Shown here one piece after another: positions 48,911 through 56,175 of a stretch of 64,000 bases of DNA; the first letter of the stretch is position 1; every line of letters begins with the position of its first letter. The notes under the pieces are model-generated. The model did not search any database. It was not told the DNA's origin and saw only the letters and a list, made by a program, of their open reading frames with translations. This stretch comes from a virus. Its lineage: Duplodnaviria; Caudoviricetes. The stretch lies in the IMG/VR virus record IMGVR_UViG_3300011871_000002, positions 154,702-218,701 of that record. One strand, 5' to 3'. The translations under genes were made by a program, and so were the position numbers.

Positions 48911-49261
48911 ATGGAAGAAACTAAAACCAATGGGGTTGAAGTGGTCAGTCCCGGTGGTGCACTGTGCATTGCTATATCCGCCCCGCCCAGTCTGCGAGAG
49001 GTCTTGGAGAGCAACCAGACCTGGAAGAAAGTGTATGTGGCTTCTGACGAGGTCACGCAGGAAGAGTTGCTGGAGAACGCCAAGGACCACTTCAATATGG
49101 CGGCGGCTGACATCGTCGTAAAGATGCACGTCGCCGGCCACACCGCGTACGAGATTGCGGAAGATACTGGCCTTTCTCGCAACTACGTTTACCAAACCAT
49201 GGAGGCACTCCAGATCGAAGACCTGAAACAACAAGGACTGGAGTTGGGCGATGAAGGCTAA
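48911..49261 (+). CDS. HTH protein, paralogue family C
   Basis: MHVAGHTAYEIAEDTGLSRNYV. Confidence 0.65.
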   Translation: MEETKTNGVEVVSPGGALCIAISAPPSLREVLESNQTWKKVYVASDEVTQEELLENAKDHFNMAAADIVVKMHVAGHTAYEIAEDTGLSRNYVYQTMEALQIEDLKQQGLELGDEG

Positions 49262-50447
49262 CGATGAAGACGATGGCCAGGTCACCATCGGCGCTGGTCG
49301 GCAAAAATATTCGCTGCAAAACGTTCCCTCGCTGCTGAAGATTCTCGAATCGAACACGGCGTGGAAAACAGTGTACGACCACGCACCGGGGAGCATGAAG
49401 GGCTTGATGACGGAAAATGTGGTGGACGTGTTCCATGCGCAAGCTGTCACTGCCGTGAGTCGGCTCGACCATGCAGGGTTCACGCCAGCGCAAATCTCGC
49501 TGGAAACAGGCTTGATGCCTGCCAAGATCGATGTCGTGTTGGAGTCGATCGGTAAGGATGTCGGTCGGGAAGTGCGTGGTCCTGAGAACGAACCACTCGA
49601 TCCGCCGCCCTGGGCTGAATCGCCTGCACCACCACCACCACTGCCGTCGTGCCGTCTGTGGGAAGTCAGGCACAGCTATCACGGGGAAACCGATTACAAC
49701 GAGATGGATTTTGCAACGTGGGAAGAGTTCCTCGAAAATATGGGGAACGCCGACAACGATTACAACTTCCTGATTCGCTGGGATTGGTACGAGCGTGATC
49801 GCGAACTCGATGTTGTCACCTACAAAGGGGACGATAACGAGCGCACTGGCTACATGAAGTTGATTTACCACGCGCAGCGCAAAGGCTTCACGATGAGCGC
49901 AATCGTCAGAGTCTGTCGCAACGACGAACCCAAGATACGCAAGTATCTGGAAGAGAAGTGGGTGTACATGAACAACATGTGGGCACCCATCAGCAACGGC
50001 ACGTCTGAGCGTGTTTCTGAACGCGAACTTGCGGCGCGCACGCCAGAGCAAATGATGCGCAACCAATACGTTGAGTTGTTCTACGGCGAAGACGAAGCTA
50101 AAAACAGAAGGCTCGTCAAAGAAGCACTGGGGGACTTTGACCCAAATAAGGTCTCTTGGGTGAAATACATGTTCAAGGTAACTTACCAACAGCTTCATCC
50201 ACAGGTATTTCCACCAGCCGGACCATTTTGGTACAATCGTCCATCGGTACCAACAGACGATCTATTCTCGGTTGTAGCGTATTTACCAGAAGGTGTTCCA
50301 ATTGAAAAATATTGGCCGGAACGCATTGAGTTGACTTCGCCAGAGCACTTTGGTAGGATTATTTACGAGCCCGATATGAACGGTGGTTACTATGTTGCAG
50401 CCTTTGGTCGTAAAGCCTACAGCAAACCCAAATGGTGGCCATTCTAA
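49251..50447 (+). CDS. Multi-domain protein with family C HTH
   Basis: LDHAGFTPAQISLETGL, Pro-rich linker, additional domains. Confidence 0.7.
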   Translation: MKANDEDDGQVTIGAGRQKYSLQNVPSLLKILESNTAWKTVYDHAPGSMKGLMTENVVDVFHAQAVTAVSRLDHAGFTPAQISLETGLMPAKIDVVLESIGKDVGREVRGPENEPLDPPPWAESPAPPPPLPSCRLWEVRHSYHGETDYNEMDFATWEEFLENMGNADNDYNFLIRWDWYERDRELDVVTYKGDDNERTGYMKLIYHAQRKGFTMSAIVRVCRNDEPKIRKYLEEKWVYMNNMWAPISNGTSERVSERELAARTPEQMMRNQYVELFYGEDEAKNRRLVKEALGDFDPNKVSWVKYMFKVTYQQLHPQVFPPAGPFWYNRPSVPTDDLFSVVAYLPEGVPIEKYWPERIELTSPEHFGRIIYEPDMNGGYYVAAFGRKAYSKPKWWPF

Positions 50448-50469
50448 ACAACGAGAAAGGAGAAAAGAA

Positions 50470-50859
50470 ATGAAAACGAGCGACGCTGTTGTGTCAAAGC
50501 AAGGCGAAGTCTATCTCGATACCCAAGGGAACTTGGGATTGACTTCCACGTATGGCGGAATCACCGTCAACGCGTTCAACAAAGAAACGTCCCTCTACGA
50601 AGTCATGCAACAAAGCGTGGCGTGGAACATCGCGTTCCAGTCGGTCATCCCGCCGGTACAAGAAAAGTTGGTGGGAAATACGCTCGATGCGTTCAAGGCT
50701 GGCGCCCTCCAAGCAGTATCGCGCCTGACCTTCACTGGCATGACGCCAGAAAGAATCGCCCAAGAAACGGGGCTGACGGAAGAAACAGTCGAACAGTACA
50801 TGCGCCACCACCGGTTCCACACCGGACAGAGTAACGACGATCCGAGCTACGACGAATAA
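50470..50859 (+). CDS. HTH protein, paralogue family C
   Basis: LTFTGMTPERIAQETGLTEETV. Confidence 0.65.
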   Translation: MKTSDAVVSKQGEVYLDTQGNLGLTSTYGGITVNAFNKETSLYEVMQQSVAWNIAFQSVIPPVQEKLVGNTLDAFKAGALQAVSRLTFTGMTPERIAQETGLTEETVEQYMRHHRFHTGQSNDDPSYDE

Positions 50860-50920
50860 CAGTGCGCCAAAGGGGTAGCTCCGGCTACCTCTTTTATGCC
50901 GGATTCAAAGAAATTACAGT

Positions 50921-50930
50921 CACATATTCT
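50921..50930 (+). promoter_or_regulatory. Putative early promoter (CACATATTCT)
   Basis: Repeated motif with AATTACAGT upstream. Confidence 0.55.
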
Positions 50931-50991
50931 TCCGGTGAGTACAGTACAGTATTCACTTCTATCAACCGACTATCAATGGAGATTTGCAACT

Positions 50992-51288
50992 ATGACCACC
51001 ATCGCATCCCTGAGCAAAGAAGCCGCTTTCGAATTCTTCTTCGGCCACACCCACAGCATCATCAACCGTATCCGCTACGGCAAGCACCACACCAAGATCG
51101 GCTTCCGTGAGTTCCTCGGCGTCGCAGTACGCATCGCCGTCGCCATGTCGATCCTGATGGTCCTGCCGGACGCATTCGAAAAGACCGCCTACGGTCTGCT
51201 GAGCTTCTCGGCTGGCCTGCGCATCAGCTGGGTTTACCTGAGCTGGAAGAAAGCCAATACCGTGGAAGAATACACCAATGAGTATTGA
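50992..51288 (+). CDS. Small early membrane protein (2 TM)
   Basis: GGAG RBS; own promoter and terminator; two hydrophobic segments. Confidence 0.65.
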   Translation: MTTIASLSKEAAFEFFFGHTHSIINRIRYGKHHTKIGFREFLGVAVRIAVAMSILMVLPDAFEKTAYGLLSFSAGLRISWVYLSWKKANTVEEYTNEY

Positions 51289-51488
51289 TTACCAGAGTCC
51301 CCTGTTTGCTTGGGGGACTCTAAAAAAGAGACGATCAAGTCGTCTCTTTTTTCTTTTGCTGTAGTGAAATTTTACAGAGTTTCCTATTGGCAAAAAAGCA
51401 AAAAAATACACAGCCGTGGTATAGAGTAGAAGGAAAAATACTTCTCGCTTTATGCCCATCATCAAGACAGATTACCAAGGAGAACAAC

Positions 51489-51869
51489 ATGCTGAAGAAC
51501 ATCAATGTTTCGATCACGGGCGCTACCCCAGAACAACGTGAACTCGTCTCGAACGTGATCACCAATAGCCTCGTCGCAGAAGGCTACTCGAACGTCGCGC
51601 TCGTCAATACCGTGGGTGAGCCAATGGTCGGCTCGGATGTGCCGTCGCTCAAGGACGTCCTGCAAAAGCACCACCCGGAGTTCCTCGCCACGCCGATTCG
51701 CGTGTGGTCGATCCCTGTGGTCGACGAACCTGCTGACATCCCCGAAAACGATATCGCAATCGCTGTCAAGGACGACGAAGGTGGCATCACCATCGGAATC
51801 CCGGAAGGCGGGCACCCGCTCATCGAGGAAATGAAGCATCTCGACGCCAATCCGCAACACCTCGCGTAA
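51489..51869 (+). CDS. Paralogue family B protein 1
   Basis: INVSITG...ITNSLVAEGYSNV...SLKDVLQKHHPEFLATPIRV. Confidence 0.75.
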   Translation: MLKNINVSITGATPEQRELVSNVITNSLVAEGYSNVALVNTVGEPMVGSDVPSLKDVLQKHHPEFLATPIRVWSIPVVDEPADIPENDIAIAVKDDEGGITIGIPEGGHPLIEEMKHLDANPQHLA

Positions 51870-51878
51870 GGGGACGCC

Positions 51879-52625
51879 ATGCCTACCAACATTACCATCA
51901 CCAGTGACGATGTTGCCAAATCCCGCGTCATCGGTGAAGTCGTTGCGCAGGCACTGGACGATCACGGTTTTACGAACGTCCAGTGCACGCATCCGCCAGC
52001 ATTTCAAGAGCCGTTCGGGGTTCATGGATTCAAAAAGTCGAGGTCGTGCCTCGACCAAATCCGCGACACTTATCCTGACTTCTTGCAGGAGTCAGTTTCA
52101 ATTCGTGCCGTGCCTGTAATCGGTTACGACAAGAACGGCCTGCCGAACTACGACGTAGAAGGTTCGGTGGAACGTGAAGTTGCCTTCCTGAATACGGGCG
52201 TGACGGGTGAAGGGGTGACGGTTGTTGCATTTACTGAACAAGGCCATAAACCACCATCATCGCTGAATGATGTTCCGAACGTGCAGGCGGTCGTCAAAAT
52301 CGCCATGGATGAACTGCTCAAGGACCCGACGTCATCGCTTGACCTTTCTGGTGCCGCATGGAAGCTCGCTGAAGAAGGAAAGATGTCCCGAGGCGACTCC
52401 CTCAAAGTAGTCGATGAGATTCACGCCATCGAACAGCAAAACAGCTTAAAACGTGCGGTGGATGTCATCATCGATGAAACAGGTTTCACTACGCGCGGAA
52501 TTAGCCAGGAAACTCGTGAACTCATCCGCCAGAAAGCAGAAGAGAAGCGTAAGCATGAAGACCAAGTACGGAAGAATCGTGCTGGAATACACATAGTTCC
52601 GAACAATGAAGAGGTGACAAAATGA
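51879..52625 (+). CDS. Paralogue family B protein 2
   Basis: NITITSDD..KS..I...L...GFTNV...SCLDQIRDTYPDFLQESVSI. Confidence 0.75.
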   Translation: MPTNITITSDDVAKSRVIGEVVAQALDDHGFTNVQCTHPPAFQEPFGVHGFKKSRSCLDQIRDTYPDFLQESVSIRAVPVIGYDKNGLPNYDVEGSVEREVAFLNTGVTGEGVTVVAFTEQGHKPPSSLNDVPNVQAVVKIAMDELLKDPTSSLDLSGAAWKLAEEGKMSRGDSLKVVDEIHAIEQQNSLKRAVDVIIDETGFTTRGISQETRELIRQKAEEKRKHEDQVRKNRAGIHIVPNNEEVTK

Positions 52626-53074
52626 GCACCAACGTAATTGTTATCAGCGACGATGTCGAGAAATCCAAAATCATCGGCGACCTGTTTGTGGAGGCACTTG
52701 CTTCGGCCGGATTTACCGAGATCGATGCAACGTTTCCGGAGTATAGATCGATCGAAGGCGTCAATGACCACAAGAGCGCCTTGGACGTGATTCAAGACAC
52801 GTACCCCAACTTTCTCAATGAGAAAGTGACGGTGCGCGCCATCAAGGTCGAAGGCATGGACGTCAACGGCTACGATGAGGACGACGAAGAGGCTGCTTTC
52901 GTAAAGAACGAGTCGGCTCAGCGCAGCAAGTTCGGCGACCAATTCCACACCACGGTCAGTTTGTTCGAGGACCGGCCAAGCAAGAAGAGCATGGCGGAGA
53001 ATCGTGCGAAAGCGGCAACGGAACGTCGCGCCAAGATGCATGCCATCGTGGACAACGAGAAGGTGACGGAATGA
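52622..53074 (+). CDS. Paralogue family B protein 3
   Basis: NVIVISDDVEKS...ALASAGFTEI...SALDVIQDTYPNFLNEKVTV. Confidence 0.75.
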   Translation: MSTNVIVISDDVEKSKIIGDLFVEALASAGFTEIDATFPEYRSIEGVNDHKSALDVIQDTYPNFLNEKVTVRAIKVEGMDVNGYDEDDEEAAFVKNESAQRSKFGDQFHTTVSLFEDRPSKKSMAENRAKAATERRAKMHAIVDNEKVTE

Positions 53075-53991
53075 AGCCGCCGATCAGCGTCACCGTCACG
53101 GGCGCTAACATCCAGAAGTCGGCATACGTGGCGGAAACCATCATGGAGGCATTGGCGGAAAAAGGCTTTACCAATGCCACCTACCACAACCCGCCACCGC
53201 CGAAGCTGCAAGCGGTGCTTCCAGGCGGTAAGACAAAGTCGCTCTTGGATCAAATCCGGGCGACCTACCCGGACTTCCTCGAAGACCCCGTTCACGTTTG
53301 GGCCATACCGGTGCTCAGTATCAACGATGACATCGATCCCAATAAGGGCATCGACCGGGCGGCGGCTGTAGACTACGACGGGGCCAGCACGCAGATTTTC
53401 GTGCCTACAGGCATCGTCGGTATGGCGGAAGAAAGCTTTACGCCTCAAGAGAAAACACCAGCTGGACCGGATACCGTCGCAGTGGTCAAACGTGCTGCTG
53501 AAATTGCGACCCGGACCGGGCGGGATATGGAAGACGACGTATTCCAACAGGCCGCGAAAGAGCTGCACGCGGAAGGCAAGATCGGCCCAAAGAAAAAGGC
53601 CCATCTGTCAATCGTGGAAAAGCCTGCATCGGGTTTGGAAATCGAAACCAATATCCTCGCAGACGAACTCGTGCTGGAAGACGAGCCATCCAAAGAAGTC
53701 AAGGCGGTGTTGCAACGCGCCCGCGAGAACGGTGAGAAGTCCGGGAAAGACCGCCTGGACATCAATAAGGCGATCAAGCAGCTCGTCAAGGAGGGCGTCA
53801 TCGCGAAACACGATGAAGGCTTGGTCGGCCTCCAGACCACGGTCGAGGTAATGAAGGAAGTCATGGGCACGCAGTTCCCTGACACTGACATTCACTGGTA
53901 CACGAAACCCGGAGACGGGGAGCGCAGTATCAAAGAAATGTACAGCTTCGACAAGAAAGCCGAAGTCGATATCACACCGGAGGAACCATGA
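53071..53991 (+). CDS. Paralogue family B protein 4
   Basis: ISVTVTG...ALAEKGFTNA...SLLDQIRATYPDFLEDPVHV. Confidence 0.75.
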   Translation: MKPPISVTVTGANIQKSAYVAETIMEALAEKGFTNATYHNPPPPKLQAVLPGGKTKSLLDQIRATYPDFLEDPVHVWAIPVLSINDDIDPNKGIDRAAAVDYDGASTQIFVPTGIVGMAEESFTPQEKTPAGPDTVAVVKRAAEIATRTGRDMEDDVFQQAAKELHAEGKIGPKKKAHLSIVEKPASGLEIETNILADELVLEDEPSKEVKAVLQRARENGEKSGKDRLDINKAIKQLVKEGVIAKHDEGLVGLQTTVEVMKEVMGTQFPDTDIHWYTKPGDGERSIKEMYSFDKKAEVDITPEEP

Positions 53992-54278
53992 CCTTACACG
54001 TCACCATCACCGATGACGATAAAGACCGCAGCGAGCCGCGAAACCGAGATGACCTTGGAGAAGCCATTGCCGAGTATCTCGTCTCGGTCGGTTTTCAAGA
54101 CATCACCTTAGTCAACAGTGATGAAGCAGAAGTTTTGCGAGTCGAGCGTTCCTCGTTCAATACTTTCGCTGGTGAAATCATGCCAACCGCATGGGGAATG
54201 ATCCAGAAGTTTCGGCCGGGGTTTCTTTCGACCCCTGTCATCGTCACCGTCGAAGCAGAATACCCGGAGGAATCATGA
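53988..54278 (+). CDS. Paralogue family B protein 5
   Basis: LHVTITDDD...IAEYLVSVGFQDI...PGFLSTPVIV. Confidence 0.7.
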   Translation: MTLHVTITDDDKDRSEPRNRDDLGEAIAEYLVSVGFQDITLVNSDEAEVLRVERSSFNTFAGEIMPTAWGMIQKFRPGFLSTPVIVTVEAEYPEES

Positions 54279-54736
54279 CTGTCAACATTACTGTAGCAAG
54301 CGACGATATCGAAAAATCGGACATTCTCTCGCAAGCTATCGCTGAGTTCCTCGTCGGCAAAGGCTGCCTGAACGTGGTCGACGTGGGTTCGAATATCGAT
54401 TACAGCATCGACACTGCTGACGGTTCGATTCGTGCACGCATGATCGAAGAAGCGCACGCTCAGCGTGAGGGCGCTCCATACACGCTTCTTGATATGCTCA
54501 AGAAGAATCAACCCGGCTTCGACGACTTCTTGACCGACGAAACCTTCCGCGTCAAGGCAGAAGTGATTTCAGACCTCGACAAGGATATTGCCAAGGCTGC
54601 TGAGTTGAAGCAGGAGATCGGTTGGGTGCGAGGTGCAGCCCACAGGTATTTGGACGATGTGGAAAGTCGTTTAAATCGCTTACGCGAAATCGCCAAGGGC
54701 GACGGCTTGGCCAACATTCAAGTCAGTACGTTTTAA
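54275..54736 (+). CDS. Paralogue family B protein 6
   Basis: VNITVASDDIEKS...IAEFLVGKGCLNV...TLLDMLKKNQPGF. Confidence 0.7.
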   Translation: MTVNITVASDDIEKSDILSQAIAEFLVGKGCLNVVDVGSNIDYSIDTADGSIRARMIEEAHAQREGAPYTLLDMLKKNQPGFDDFLTDETFRVKAEVISDLDKDIAKAAELKQEIGWVRGAAHRYLDDVESRLNRLREIAKGDGLANIQVSTF

Positions 54737-54805
54737 GTAGTTAAAACTAGGGACTAACACTCCCTAGTTTTTTTGTTTAAGCATTTCATTGAAAGGAAAG
54801 ACCAG

Positions 54806-55210
54806 ATGTCGCAACACAACCAAAACGGACTCGATGTCATCATCGAGGGGGGTTCTAAAGCAGAACAATACATCGTCGGCGCACTCATCAGCAAAGCACT
54901 GAACGAAGCCGGCTACAGCAACACGGAACACCACGACACCCCCGGCCATGTGGTCGACCCTGTCGTACAACGTGCGATGTACCCGTCCCTGTTGTCGGTA
55001 GTCAAGCAAAACCGCCCCGACTTCCTCAACACCCCGGTCATCGTTTCCGCCTACCACGCACCTATCGTGCCGCGTGAACGTCGTGCCTACGACCGCGTCA
55101 AGGTCCAGGCACTGGAAAAAGCCCTCTCGCACCGCGACGAGGAAGACGATAACGGCACGCAGTGGCCGGGTCTGGTATCGGAAGAGAAAGAAGATCTCGT
55201 CGACGCCTAG
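54806..55210 (+). CDS. Paralogue family B protein 7
   Basis: LDVIIEGG...ISKALNEAGYSNT...SLLSVVKQNRPDFLNTPVIV. Confidence 0.7.
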   Translation: MSQHNQNGLDVIIEGGSKAEQYIVGALISKALNEAGYSNTEHHDTPGHVVDPVVQRAMYPSLLSVVKQNRPDFLNTPVIVSAYHAPIVPRERRAYDRVKVQALEKALSHRDEEDDNGTQWPGLVSEEKEDLVDA

Positions 55211-55266
55211 AGATCAAAAACAACAACGGGGAGTCCATTCACAATTGAACCTTTAAGGGGGCAATC

Positions 55267-55614
55267 ATGGCTCGCAAGACAGTAACTGAAGAATTGAAGA
55301 TCGAGGTAAAAGGACCAGAACGTACCAGCAACACCTACATTTGCAAGATCATTGCAGATGCACTAAAAGAAGTCGGTATCACCCACATGGAAGTCATCAA
55401 TCAGTTTGGTGACGATATTGCGTCCTTGCCTACGCCTGAGCTATACCAAGCGGCGCGCTTACGCAATCCCATACTGGGTATAGCTGGTGTGGCCATTTTC
55501 CCAGAAGGCCCTGTTGTTGAAGAAGTGACGGTACATGAAAACACCGACCTGAGCTTTGAAGACGACATCTCTGACGAATTCGATCCAACGTTAGAATTCG
55601 AACCAGGAGAATGA
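55267..55614 (+). CDS. Paralogue family B protein 8
   Basis: LKIEVKG...IIADALKEVGITHM.V.N..G. Confidence 0.65.
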   Translation: MARKTVTEELKIEVKGPERTSNTYICKIIADALKEVGITHMEVINQFGDDIASLPTPELYQAARLRNPILGIAGVAIFPEGPVVEEVTVHENTDLSFEDDISDEFDPTLEFEPGE

Positions 55615-55910
55615 TCATGATGAGTATTAATGACTTTTCTGTAGTCTTAACAGGCGCCAGTAGTGCTACCCGCCGAACCGCAGCACTCTTGATTAATCAA
55701 GCACTGCGTGAACGCGGCTTTCAACACATCGATGTCTTGGATAACCACGGTGAGCCACTAGAGTTACCGGAATGTGTGCCCAGTGTACTCGATACCATCC
55801 GTAAGAATGCACCACGGTTTTTAGATTCCATGGTGACCATTCAAGAAGTCAAGGTACGTACCTACGACCAATCCTACAGTGAGGAGGATACGCCGTATGC
55901 CATGGGATGA
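55611..55910 (+). CDS. Paralogue family B protein 9
   Basis: FSVVLTGA...INQALRERGFQHI...SVLDTIRKNAPRFLDSMVTI. Confidence 0.7.
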   Translation: MIMMSINDFSVVLTGASSATRRTAALLINQALRERGFQHIDVLDNHGEPLELPECVPSVLDTIRKNAPRFLDSMVTIQEVKVRTYDQSYSEEDTPYAMG

Positions 55911-56017
55911 CCAGCATTAAAGCGCACCACGCGCCCCTAGTCCAAGAGCTAGGTCCTGAAAGTTTGTCACTGAGGTAGAGGCGTGAACACATGCCCGCAG
56001 TGAAAACACCCAAGACA

Positions 56018-56133
56018 AAAAGGGAAGCCTTCGGGTTTCCCTTTTATGCCGCACTTTCAAGTTTTCGGCATAAAAGCCACCACACGACTGTACCGCTCCC
56101 GTTCTATGGGAGAGGGTACAGTCGTGTGGTGTG
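56018..56133. terminator. Convergent terminator pair, each with a TTTATGCCG motif
   Basis: gggaagcc-ttcg-ggtttccc-ttttatgccg (+) and long hairpin cacacgactgtacc/ggtacagtcgtgtg with cggcataaaa (-). Confidence 0.75.
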
Positions 56134-56175
56134 CCTAAGTTAGCCTAACCTTTTTTCTTGGGTTAAACCAGCTTC

